DNA of 64,000 nt from an uncultured virus (IMG/VR IMGVR_UViG_3300009155_000050) (Duplodnaviria; Heunggongvirae; Uroviricota; Caudoviricetes). A program made the translations under genes and the position numbers. Below, one piece after another: positions 8,593 to 17,870 of this stretch (positions within the stretch are counted from its first letter, which is position 1; the number at the start of each line of letters is the position of its first letter). The notes beneath the pieces are model-generated. The model did no database searches. It saw nothing but the letters and a program-made list of their open reading frames with translations, and was not told the DNA's origin. The DNA lies in IMG/VR virus record IMGVR_UViG_3300009155_000050, positions 1 through 64,000 of that record. The stretch is one strand, 5' to 3'.

Positions 8593-9083
8593 TACGCACT
8601 CCTTGAAAATTTACAAGGGCAATCGGCAGCTTCAATATCCACACCAATAATTTTAGTATGCTTCCCCACCTTGGACAGTACACTATGATAAGTGTACAAT
8701 CCAGCACCCGATTTCTTTCTTTTAACCACATTAGCAAAACCACATTGATGTAAATCCTCTGCCAACCCCTTTCCAGAGAGCCTATCAATAGGGATAACCT
8801 GCTTCATCCCAATGCCCAAAGCGAACATACTCCACCACGTCAACAGCAATCCAAAAGCACTCTGATCATCCAAATCGCGCATTGCCTTCAGACATGCAAA
8901 CCGCCCATCATCCAGCAAATCAGTCTTAATTTCCACAATCGTCAAATTAGGTGCTTCCTCATGTATCTTCCTAATACGAGGAGGCGCAGCAGCAGTTAAC
9001 TCCATCGACGGCTTAGGCAATTCGAGTCGAAAATACGGCTCCTTGCACGCTTTAAAATCTTCCCAAATCTTAGTAAACGCCAT
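8592..9083 (-). CDS. hypothetical protein
   Basis: AGGAGG RBS; promoter variant at 9118-9148. Confidence 0.65.
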   Translation of the reverse strand: MAFTKIWEDFKACKEPYFRLELPKPSMELTAAAPPRIRKIHEEAPNLTIVEIKTDLLDDGRFACLKAMRDLDDQSAFGLLLTWWSMFALGIGMKQVIPIDRLSGKGLAEDLHQCGFANVVKRKKSGAGLYTYHSVLSKVGKHTKIIGVDIEAADCPCKFSRSA

Positions 9084-9117
9084 AACACACCCCTCCTAAC
9101 ACGTGAACCACCGACCA

Positions 9118-9148
9118 CATGTGACAAAGAAAGTGCGAGAGGGCAATC
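9118..9148 (-). promoter_or_regulatory. early promoter variant (GATTG-N17-TGTCACATG)
   Basis: 17-nt spacer; upstream box in a GTGCGAG..CTCGCAC hairpin. Confidence 0.65.
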
Positions 9149-9173
9149 CCCCTCGCACCTAAACCAATAAATA

Positions 9174-10304
9174 TTATGCACTAAGGTGTAATTCCTTGAA
9201 GCCATTGCTATCCAAAGTCATCTTAGCACCCTCAAGATCATACTCGTTACTAATCAAACTACCAACCCACCCATGCAAACGCCGAGCAGCAGTAGTATCA
9301 GAATGGTGAGTAGCTACCTCAGTAGCAAAATTGATCAAGTCATACACACTACACTTAGCTGGCAACGTCTTCAATTTCTTAGTATTAACCATGCTAGTGG
9401 ACGCTAAACCATACAAGCTCGACACATCACCAGCCAGATTAACCAAAGATCTCGACACGCTAAACCGATTGCTCATCCCGTATTCCTGCTGCACCATCGA
9501 ACCAGCGGTATCCTCTGGTGCAACACTAGAAATATTCTCCTTAACACGGCTGATAGCGTTATAAAGATCAGTCACCTCAAACAACGACGCTCTAGAAGTC
9601 TGCGACGACGAAATCCGCTGCCTGATCGCAGAATAACCCTCATCATTACCATAACCTTGCAAATGGCGAGCAATGCTATAAGAAACATTGCCATCCTTCT
9701 TACCAACCGAAATCCGACTCTGGAAAGCCTTATCCATAGCAACCAACCCATTCGAACACACCTGACGCAGCAAGCTCAAATACAAACTAGGCAACCCATA
9801 ACCATCGATAGGTGCTGAAAGCGTAACATGTGGTGTAAACTGATCACCACCAATCGACACATCACCAGCACCAACCGCAGGTTTGTGACACGACTCAACC
9901 ACACCATTGGCATAACGAACCTTGTCACCACCCAAGGTGCTAGTCAAATCCATCAACTCATCATAAGTGATCAGACCAGAATTGGGATTTGTACAAGCAA
10001 GCAACTTATCAACCCCATTATCGCTCTCCACACACACCCGAATCTCCCTATCATCATCACGCTCCTGGAGACGCGTGAACACTTCATCATGGCTGAAGTA
10101 CTTGAAAAACGCACCATTGAACCCGTACATGCTATACAAGCTATTCCAAAACCTAGAGGTCGGATGGGCAGCCTGACCATCAATCTCAATCTTGTCGCAA
10201 GTCTTGCGTAACAACCGACCGGTTTTCGTCCGCTGCTCATCAACGTGAGCTCGCAAAGACTTAACATTGGTGGTCACGTAATTAAAAGTCGTCATCATCA
10301 TCAT
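9174..10304 (-). CDS. DUF932-like phage protein
   Basis: DG....L....LRQVCSNGL motif and C-terminal SVYDLINFATEVATH helix typical of the DUF932 family. Confidence 0.6.
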   Translation of the reverse strand: MMMMTTFNYVTTNVKSLRAHVDEQRTKTGRLLRKTCDKIEIDGQAAHPTSRFWNSLYSMYGFNGAFFKYFSHDEVFTRLQERDDDREIRVCVESDNGVDKLLACTNPNSGLITYDELMDLTSTLGGDKVRYANGVVESCHKPAVGAGDVSIGGDQFTPHVTLSAPIDGYGLPSLYLSLLRQVCSNGLVAMDKAFQSRISVGKKDGNVSYSIARHLQGYGNDEGYSAIRQRISSSQTSRASLFEVTDLYNAISRVKENISSVAPEDTAGSMVQQEYGMSNRFSVSRSLVNLAGDVSSLYGLASTSMVNTKKLKTLPAKCSVYDLINFATEVATHHSDTTAARRLHGWVGSLISNEYDLEGAKMTLDSNGFKELHLSA

Positions 10305-10381
10305 CTCCTCTTGTTAAAAATCACCAAAACCACAATACTATATGACAATATCGAAACACAAAAGATATTATAGGATAATAC

Positions 10382-11530
10382 TTAATCCAAAGGAGCTCCA
10401 AAGATCCGAGACTTCTTACGCTTATTCTTGGTAATAAACTGAGGCATCTCAGTAATAGCGCTAGCGCAAGCAACACGACTCATAATCGATATCTGCTCCA
10501 TCTTAGGATTAATAGTCAAACTCGACCACTTACCATCCTTAAACAAAGTCTGATAGCGAGGCTTAGCAACCCTAGTGAATGGCACACGTGTGGCAACACT
10601 CTGCACAATCTGCTTAACAGGCAAATTACCAAACTTCCGAAGCACCCGACCACCCATCTGCACAGTTGGACCCTTCACACTATCACGCACCCATACAGTT
10701 CTAAGAGCAGGGCAATCAAAACCCTCCGTAAGCTTCATACAATTAATCAAAACATCAATCTCACCAGACTCAAACCGAGCTATCTGCGCCTCATCATCAC
10801 TATTAGCAGTGACAACCTCAGACTCAACACCGTTAGCCTGCAAAATCGCATGGAATTCCTGGCACAAATTCGTGTTAACGAAATAAAATAAACTCTTGCC
10901 CCACTTACTACGATCAGCCAAGTAATGACGAGCTACCGTCTCAGGCTTCCAATCCTCTATACAATAATGATCATACTGACTCAAAAAACCCTCAGTAATC
11001 AACGTATGAATCCCAGCATCCTTCACAATCGCCTGATAGCTCAAACTAGCGCTATCAGTACGGTAAGGTGTAGCAGTACCACCAAGTACAAAATCAGGCT
11101 GTATCACATTGTGAATATTAGCCATAGTATTACAACTATCATGCTGATATTCATCCAACACCACAAGGATCTTACGACCCTCAGCCTTAGCTCTCAAAAC
11201 ATCTTCGAATTCTTTCCCAAACATAGAAAAGAACTGAATGTCAACTCCAACACCACGACGCGTATTCTCCTCAGCTGCCTGCCGCAACAAATTGCGACGC
11301 ATAGCAAACCAACAAACATACAAGCCGGGAATACTCTTCTGCATTTCTCTAGCGGTAAGAAGCATCATACAAGTCTTACCAGACCCAGTAGGACTCTCAA
11401 TCACAACGCTATTATAAACCTGCTTCTGGTCATTCTTGACATATTCACCCTTGAACATGTCTGTCACTTTCTTTATAATCCTCTGCTGATAAGGTCGCAA
11501 CTCAAAGCCAGTGCCAGCTGCAAAGTTCAT
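10382..11530 (-). CDS. superfamily 2 DExH helicase
   Basis: Q motif LRPYQ, Walker A SPTGSGKT, DEYQH, TATP, LTEGFD, QMGGRVLR. Confidence 0.9.
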   Translation of the reverse strand: MNFAAGTGFELRPYQQRIIKKVTDMFKGEYVKNDQKQVYNSVVIESPTGSGKTCMMLLTAREMQKSIPGLYVCWFAMRRNLLRQAAEENTRRGVGVDIQFFSMFGKEFEDVLRAKAEGRKILVVLDEYQHDSCNTMANIHNVIQPDFVLGGTATPYRTDSASLSYQAIVKDAGIHTLITEGFLSQYDHYCIEDWKPETVARHYLADRSKWGKSLFYFVNTNLCQEFHAILQANGVESEVVTANSDDEAQIARFESGEIDVLINCMKLTEGFDCPALRTVWVRDSVKGPTVQMGGRVLRKFGNLPVKQIVQSVATRVPFTRVAKPRYQTLFKDGKWSSLTINPKMEQISIMSRVACASAITEMPQFITKNKRKKSRIFGAPLD

Positions 11531-11565
11531 TTCATCACTCCAAGTACTGGTGAATTTCCCGGCAT

Positions 11566-11596
11566 GATGTGACAGACCACGAACATAGGAAAAATA
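11566..11596 (-). promoter_or_regulatory. early promoter variant (TATTT-N17-TGTCACATC)
   Basis: 17-nt spacer, upstream of the helicase RBS. Confidence 0.6.
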
Positions 11597-11682
11597 ACCC
11601 TCCAATACAACACACATAATTATTAAACAATATCAAACCTGCTACAATTAGCCAGTCACAACATCACAAACGGAGCATCACA

Positions 11683-11934
11683 ATGACCCAGATCACCAAA
11701 AAAGCATTATGGAAAACCTTAAACGATGAACCACTCATCAAGTTCGACATACGCCCATTAATCGTAGGACAAACCAATGGAAAACCAAAATACAACGGAG
11801 ACGACGTCACCGAAACAGTAACAGACGCAATCACCGCGCTAAAAGACGGCTACGCTATCATATCCTGGAAAGGCAGATGCGGAGAAGTACTCATAATCGG
11901 CTACAAACCAGAGGAACTTACAATCATCGACTAG
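11683..11934 (+). CDS. hypothetical protein
   Basis: GGAG RBS. Confidence 0.6.
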   Translation: MTQITKKALWKTLNDEPLIKFDIRPLIVGQTNGKPKYNGDDVTETVTDAITALKDGYAIISWKGRCGEVLIIGYKPEELTIID

Positions 11935-11974
11935 CGATCATTTACCATCGAAAATACATGTAAAGGAGATAACA

Positions 11975-12523
11975 ATGAAAATTGATGACATGCTTAAAAG
12001 TTCATTACTAGCCCAAAAAAAGGCTATCGAAGAAAGTCGCGCACCAAAACAAGGACCATATTATTGGATACCTAAAGAGGTTAAAAAAACCAAAAACGGT
12101 ATCCAAATAGATTGGGACATTTACCCATGGTTTGAGAAAGATAGCAATGATGACATTACGCACCTCAGTATATGGCCTGAAGCACTAGAAACCCTAGCAT
12201 ATAATTTGAAAATACCAAAAACCAACTTACGAAATCTAGGAATGTCACATACCGCTCTACCGCGAGGCCGCGTAGGCCTTACAGCTGACGGAGTCTACAC
12301 CATCCTACATGGCGACAACTCACCACCACCGCACACCCTTGATGCTGTAATCAATGCTTACAGTCTAAGAGAATTAAACCGCAAAGGCAAGGTGAAAGCT
12401 ATCGTTGATCATCACGAGAAAATAGCCACAGATGACCTCATGGCATTGAAAAAAGCTATAGGTACAGACTTTAATTTAGAATCCGAAGAGCCAGATATGT
12501 CCTGGTTTGACAACTTAGACTAA
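11975..12523 (+). CDS. hypothetical phage protein
   Basis: AAGGAG RBS; PRGRV...HG...DHHE motifs; hairpin at 12523-12559. Confidence 0.7.
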   Translation: MKIDDMLKSSLLAQKKAIEESRAPKQGPYYWIPKEVKKTKNGIQIDWDIYPWFEKDSNDDITHLSIWPEALETLAYNLKIPKTNLRNLGMSHTALPRGRVGLTADGVYTILHGDNSPPPHTLDAVINAYSLRELNRKGKVKAIVDHHEKIATDDLMALKKAIGTDFNLESEEPDMSWFDNLD

Positions 12524-12561
12524 ATCTCGCATGGTTCCACCGAGGAAACATACGAGATTAA

Positions 12562-12798
12562 CTACACAAGCGATCCATTGGCATATTCTACAATAGTCAA
12601 AGCAGTTTGTCTTGTAGTTTCCAATCTATCACGTGTCACGAACTCGCCGGCCTCATCAGCGTCAATGGATGCCAGCTCACGCAACAAGTTATCCACCTTT
12701 TCTGCCATTCCGGATTCATGATGATAATTCAAACGATAGATTGCATAGTGCAAAGCGAATTCGACAGAAGCGCGATTCTTCCTCATAGATCCCTCCAT
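12562..12798 (-). CDS. hypothetical protein
   Basis: ORF. Confidence 0.5.
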   Translation of the reverse strand: MEGSMRKNRASVEFALHYAIYRLNYHHESGMAEKVDNLLRELASIDADEAGEFVTRDRLETTRQTALTIVEYANGSLV

Positions 12799-12833
12799 GA
12801 ACCGTCAGATAATTTTGTTCTTAATTTAATACA

Positions 12834-13055
12834 TCATTCGATAAATTGTCGACGGACACCACTCTTATGGTCAATAATTTGAATAATTTTAACAGCTCCA
12901 CCTTGAACATTCACCACATCACCAACACACAGGTTGCCAGCCAATTGACCAGCTATCTCATCATCACTGTACCAGTCATCCAATTCTCCCTCAACCAGGT
13001 ATTTGCCACATGTTATTCTAGGATTATAACTGACAATAGTATTCAAGGGTGACAT
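12834..13055 (-). CDS. hypothetical protein
   Basis: GGGGAAG RBS; AAATATA box at 13072-13078. Confidence 0.5.
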   Translation of the reverse strand: MSPLNTIVSYNPRITCGKYLVEGELDDWYSDDEIAGQLAGNLCVGDVVNVQGGAVKIIQIIDHKSGVRRQFIE

Positions 13056-13146
13056 GATCACTTCCCCATCGTATATTTTATCATTTGAAGGAGAATCCAT
13101 GGCAATGAATACTCAATTGGAATATATTAAAAAGGGAGGGCGACCT

Positions 13147-13836
13147 ATGATCGCACAACAGAGCAAATACATCTTCCCGCCACGCGCTAAGGAAGCCATC
13201 CCACCAGAAGATATGAACCTATATGCCACTCTAGGTTATCAGGCTCAATTAAAATACAACGACACCAGAACCCTATACAAACTACTACCAAATAACCAAC
13301 TGCAACTTTGGAGCAGACATGGCGAACGTCTAAAAGACTACAACCTACCAGAATGGCTAGAGCCACAATTTCACGAACTTCGCGAACGCCTAGCTATAGA
13401 TCCCGACTCATGGACGCTAATTGACGGAGGTGTCATAGATTGCAAACACAAAGCTATCAAAGATCACTTCGCCATCTGGGATATCCTAGTGTTAAATGGA
13501 AACCACCTCATAGACACCACATATCAAGAAAGATACGACCTCCTACGCAACACATGTTCCACAGAGGAAACATACGAATTCAAAAACTCCGCTGGCGTGT
13601 TCAACCTAGGCACCAAAGCTACAGACAACATCATCATACCAGATCTCATCCCACCAAAAAAATGGCAACAAACCTGGGATCAAATCCTCACCCTAAACAA
13701 ACCATATCAACAACCACTCATAGAAGGTCTAGTATTTAAACAAATGCAAGGCAAACTCACCTACGGCCACCAAGTTAACAACAACACCACCTGGATGGCC
13801 AAAACCCGAGTGCAAACCGGCAGGCATCGATATTGA
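13147..13836 (+). CDS. ATP-dependent ligase/capping-enzyme-like nucleotidyltransferase (adenylation domain only)
   Basis: Motif I-like QLKYNDTR, motif III IDGGV, IIIa FAIWDIL, IV EGLVFK, V WMAK; no OB domain. Confidence 0.75.
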   Translation: MIAQQSKYIFPPRAKEAIPPEDMNLYATLGYQAQLKYNDTRTLYKLLPNNQLQLWSRHGERLKDYNLPEWLEPQFHELRERLAIDPDSWTLIDGGVIDCKHKAIKDHFAIWDILVLNGNHLIDTTYQERYDLLRNTCSTEETYEFKNSAGVFNLGTKATDNIIIPDLIPPKKWQQTWDQILTLNKPYQQPLIEGLVFKQMQGKLTYGHQVNNNTTWMAKTRVQTGRHRY

Positions 13837-13847
13837 AAATCAAACTT

Positions 13848-13887
13848 AACTGCCGAAGGCGAATGGTGTCAAGCAGAAGTTCCCCAG
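13848..13887. repeat. 40-bp direct repeat, copy 1
   Basis: AACTGCCGAAGGCGAATGGTGTCAAGCAGAAGTTCCCCAG, identical to 16075-16114. Confidence 0.9.
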
Positions 13888-13910
13888 ACACCGATACTAA
13901 AAGAACCACA

Positions 13911-14138
13911 ATGGCCAACAAAATCACCATCAAACTAAACGAAACCCAAACCACACAACTCCTAGATATCCTAAAGGACACTTATGAAACCAACAACACC
14001 CTACCAACAAACCCAAAAACCATCCTAAAAATCAAAGAAGCCATAGAAAACAGCCTAGAATGGCACCGAAGATTCGTAAAAGGATCACCCTTATACAACA
14101 TGAAACGACCCACATGGACCAGAACAACTTCGAGATAA
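13911..14138 (+). CDS. hypothetical protein
   Basis: ATG 13911 downstream of repeat copy 1. Confidence 0.5.
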   Translation: MANKITIKLNETQTTQLLDILKDTYETNNTLPTNPKTILKIKEAIENSLEWHRRFVKGSPLYNMKRPTWTRTTSR

Positions 14139-14174
14139 TAGCCAAACAGGGAAACTAGACTGGAGTCCAAAGAA

Positions 14175-14414
14175 ATGCAGACTTTCAAGGATAAATGGGA
14201 TACTACACTCTGCACAGATCGTGTTGAAGCATATGCCGAAATCATCATAATCGAACCCTGTGAACGCCGATTTACCATGTATTTTTCTGCACAAGAAGCT
14301 AGGAAGATTGGTAGAGCATTGGTCGAGTTAGCGAATGAGATTGAGCCTCCAATGGATTGCGGCGAGTCTTCCTTTAAGGTTTTACCGCCAGCAGCGTACC
14401 CCCAAACCCCGTAA
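14175..14414 (+). CDS. hypothetical protein
   Basis: GGAG RBS. Confidence 0.55.
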   Translation: MQTFKDKWDTTLCTDRVEAYAEIIIIEPCERRFTMYFSAQEARKIGRALVELANEIEPPMDCGESSFKVLPPAAYPQTP

Positions 14415-14561
14415 GCAATAACCCTGCGTTCCACCTAGGAAACACTTACCAAACCATGGACGAACTAGAAGAACGACGACCAAAACTGAAAGGACCCCAA
14501 CAATGCTCATCTTCTGCTACAGCGCAATACTCATAGCCCTCATCAGAACTGGGGTGATGGC

Positions 14562-14837
14562 ATGAACAGACACCAATTGGCCACACTACTTTCTTGGACC
14601 GGGGAACAAGGATTTTCTGGGCGCAAGCGCCTGCAAAAAGTCGTTTTCTTCCTTCAGCAAGCAGGTTGTGATTTAGGGTGCCACTACATGCTCCATCGCT
14701 TCGGACCGTATTCACAAGACGTCGCCGATGCCTGCGACGAGATGGTGGCCGCTGGATTGGTCATTGAAACTGGCGGTCCGCAAAGCACGACGAAGCAATA
14801 CTCATATACGCTAAAGCCGGAAATACGAGGTGAATGA
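14562..14837 (+). CDS. Panacea/SocA/YwgA-like antitoxin-domain protein
   Basis: GRKRLQKVVFFLQ...HRFGPYSQDV winged-helix signature with GPY motif. Confidence 0.7.
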   Translation: MNRHQLATLLSWTGEQGFSGRKRLQKVVFFLQQAGCDLGCHYMLHRFGPYSQDVADACDEMVAAGLVIETGGPQSTTKQYSYTLKPEIRGE

Positions 14838-15247
14838 TGAATGAACCAGTATTGTGTTTTATTAAAGACAACACAGCGTATTTTACTACGCAAGAATTGA
14901 GTAAGCAGACAGGTGACGACTGGAATGATGCTCCGTATGAGCATAATGCTGGGAGACCCTACAGCCCTTTTCGTTCTATTCCGGAAGATTGGAATGAAGA
15001 TGGAACACCTAAATGGGAGATAAGTCAAGTCATATTTAAAACTGACTTGGTAACCCCAGAGGAATATCATTACGGTAATTCATCATACTGTGTTGAAGAT
15101 ATCAACGCTAAGTATGTACCATGGTTGGCAACGGCAAAGTATTCTAGTGATCCCAAAGTAGTCATTCACGCTGGTGTAACCATCACGGAATTCAAGAGGT
15201 TGATCCGTAGTGCTGGTGGTAAAATCTATGTGGAGGAAAAGGAATGA
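14834..15247 (+). CDS. hypothetical phage protein (GDDWNDAPYEHNAG motif)
   Basis: Coupled ORF with GAGG RBS. Confidence 0.7.
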   Translation: MMNEPVLCFIKDNTAYFTTQELSKQTGDDWNDAPYEHNAGRPYSPFRSIPEDWNEDGTPKWEISQVIFKTDLVTPEEYHYGNSSYCVEDINAKYVPWLATAKYSSDPKVVIHAGVTITEFKRLIRSAGGKIYVEEKE

Positions 15248-15459
15248 GCATGAGTAAAAAAATGGATCTTAATATTGTTCCATGCATACGTGCTCATAAG
15301 CATTTGTTTAATGCGCACAAAATATGTCAGTGGTGTAATGTGCCAAAAGACGAAATCGAATTAAAGGCATCTAGGCTACGAATAAAGCAATTGGAAGAAG
15401 CCATTGCCAAACATAAAAAATTCGTTAAGGAGATGATCTATATAATTTTCAGTACATGA
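15244..15459 (+). CDS. hypothetical protein
   Basis: Coupled ORF. Confidence 0.5.
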   Translation: MSMSKKMDLNIVPCIRAHKHLFNAHKICQWCNVPKDEIELKASRLRIKQLEEAIAKHKKFVKEMIYIIFST

Positions 15460-15865
15460 GGACATGGTAAATGCAATTGAAGATTTAGCTGAAGTGTATA
15501 AAGTCCACAAGCAGACCCTGAACCGTTCGACACCAACCCAATCACCCACGAACTGATCAAAATCGACATATCCACAGAACAAACAACCCGACAAGCCATA
15601 GATAAATAGAACACTATTCCAGTCAAATCTATTATAGAATGATAGATTTGACCAAACAAATTAATTAAAATCACTTATACTAACACATGTACCACTCGCC
15701 AGCACTCTCATCTCAGCCAAATCAGAAGGACCATTCGGATCTTCACTAATCAACTTTGCGATATATCTAGGATCAACTGCCATAACCAAACTCCTTAAAA
15801 ATTAAGCAGTAACTTTACTATGTGACAGCATAAATCCGCAATCGGTAAATATACCATCCAACCTA

Positions 15866-15905
15866 ACCAAACCAAACCAAACCAAACCAAACCAAACCAA
15901 ACCAA
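15866..15905. repeat. (ACCAA)8 tandem pentamer repeat
   Basis: Eight perfect ACCAA units. Confidence 0.95.
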
Positions 15906-16074
15906 CTTCACATCAGTTACGACCTCCGTTCCACAAAGGAAACACAGAGACAAGAGCAAACCAAATGCTGGCTGGAAAAACACCACGGCAAACCCGGCCC
16001 CGCATAACCACATAAATAAAATAACCACTGGGGTAGGGAGGGATGTTTTCACCATTTCCTGTCATCCCATAAAC

Positions 16075-16114
16075 AACTGCCGAAGGCGAATGGTGTCAAG
16101 CAGAAGTTCCCCAG
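16075..16114. repeat. 40-bp direct repeat, copy 2
   Basis: Identical to 13848-13887. Confidence 0.9.
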
Positions 16115-16569
16115 TGGCCCAATAAAATGCGATATACAATCAACCCAAACACCGACATCAACAGCCCCTTCTGGATAGAAGACCCAAACGGCGACTGGAC
16201 CCGCGACCAAATAGGCAATAGATACATCTACCGACACCGCCCCCAGATTAGCCTACTCCCCTCGGCACCGAATGAAACACACCAAAACGTAAAACAGAAT
16301 CAACCACACTGTCATCACTAGAAAAATCAATCTCACATAGCGCACACGAAATTGAACTCGAATGGAACTTCACCCAATCAAAAAACAAAACAATCAACAC
16401 ATGTGACGCATCATCTGAATAATCGACCCGACACAGCGGATCAATTAAAGAGACACATACCATCCTAGGTAGGGGGCTATAGACGCCATGGATGTGAAAA
16501 GTAAGATGAGCCACCCGACTCTCCAGGAGTGACCTGAGGTACTCCCCGACGAAAATTAAACTACTCATC

Positions 16570-16750
16570 GGAACTATCGACGATTAAAAATAAGATACCT
16601 GTCATGTATTTTCGCAGCCTCCAAAGGGATGGATTATTATTCTATACGACGGGGTTTATAGAATATTATCGGGCTGCACTTATAAGAGTCGAATGTTCTG
16701 AGAATTAACGGGCTATAAACGAACATTTTTGTGTTATTCTTTTTCCTCAC
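16570..16750. other. candidate replication origin or genome-end junction
   Basis: Non-coding AT-rich gap at the A+C to G+T strand-bias switch; inverted repeat TATTCTATA-N10-TATAGAATA (16638-16665). Confidence 0.5.
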
Positions 16751-16846
16751 TTCATTTTCTTCTGATTTCACCGAGGCGATGAGATGGCCACTGAGTTCCT
16801 TCTCCCGTTCCCGCTAACTTTTTTAATTTTTCCTTTTTTTCTCGCA

Positions 16847-17125
16847 TTACCATCCTATGTAGCTGGTGCAGTCTCTTGGTGGTAGTATGTTGGCTTCCGG
16901 GTCTTTGGGTTTTGTTTCTATCATATCTGCGTATTTGGTGAGGAGTGCTGAGATTTTTCTGATGTTTTGGGCTGAATCTGTTACCCATATTCCTTCGGGA
17001 TTTGCGATTGCTACGGTTTTTTCGTCAAATGCGATTTCGAGTATGTCTTGCCGGTTGTCTAGGTAGTATGTTTTTATGATTGGGGTTTTTTGGTCTTTTT
17101 TGGTGTCTTGGTTTTTTATGTTCAT
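16847..17125 (-). CDS. hypothetical protein
   Basis: AAGGA RBS; protein-like composition despite the skew. Confidence 0.55.
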   Translation of the reverse strand: MNIKNQDTKKDQKTPIIKTYYLDNRQDILEIAFDEKTVAIANPEGIWVTDSAQNIRKISALLTKYADMIETKPKDPEANILPPRDCTSYIGW

Positions 17126-17522
17126 TTTTAGTTCCTTTGCTTAGTTTAGCTTATTGTATTAGAGGTCGTATTGTAGTCTTTCGATTTCTTTTTCGTGGTC
17201 TGTTATTGTGTCGTTGCTTGTAGCTTTTCTATAAGTTGGTATGCTTCTTGGTGGCATGTGGGGCAGTTTTTGCAGCTTATGCCTTGTTTGATTTGGTATT
17301 CTGCGCAGTCTGTTTTTTTCTTTGTTGTGGTCATATGTCTTCCTTTTTGGTGGTCGGGTGGGTTAGTTGTTTGATTATTTATGATGAGGTGAGTTGGTAG
17401 TGCTATGTTTTTATTGTGTTTATTTGGTTTTCCTTTTGTTTATTGTATCTGGTTGGTTGTGGTCGTTCTTTCCGTTGATTGTTGGGGATCCTTTGTGGTG
17501 GTTGGTTTTGTCCATTTTTTTG

Positions 17523-17870
17523 TTATTTGGTACCTTTGTGTTTTTGTTGTGACAGGTATGAGCTTCGTTGATAAGTGTGGAATTTGTGGGTGAGTGCTGT
17601 TCTGATGTCGATTGAGCTGAAAACAGCAGGCCGATGGTTGAAGATAGCTAGATTTTTAATTAGACTGGGTAAAACCGTGTGATCTGTCGTGATGTCTATT
17701 TTTGATAGTTCTATGAAGCCTATGGGGATGTTTGAATTGGATTTAAGCGTTAGTGATACATATTCGAATTGATCTAAATCATCGATGTGATATTCATGGG
17801 TATATTCTGGATGTAGGATTTCGTGTAGTATTGGTGCTAGATAGGTATCGTATATCTCTTTAGTGGTCAT
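17523..17870 (-). CDS. hypothetical protein
   Basis: ORF. Confidence 0.5.
   Translation of the reverse strand: MTTKEIYDTYLAPILHEILHPEYTHEYHIDDLDQFEYVSLTLKSNSNIPIGFIELSKIDITTDHTVLPSLIKNLAIFNHRPAVFSSIDIRTALTHKFHTYQRSSYLSQQKHKGTK

Noticed and set aside
118..11596. CRISPR array or integron attC array as an explanation for the recurring motif
   Set aside because: The copies are bipartite with a variable middle, separated by whole genes, and oriented like promoters. No cas or integrase gene is present in the window.
15795..16055. 86-aa ORF with LVWFG repeats
   Set aside because: The peptide repeat is just the translation of the (ACCAA)8 tract; there is no other support for coding.
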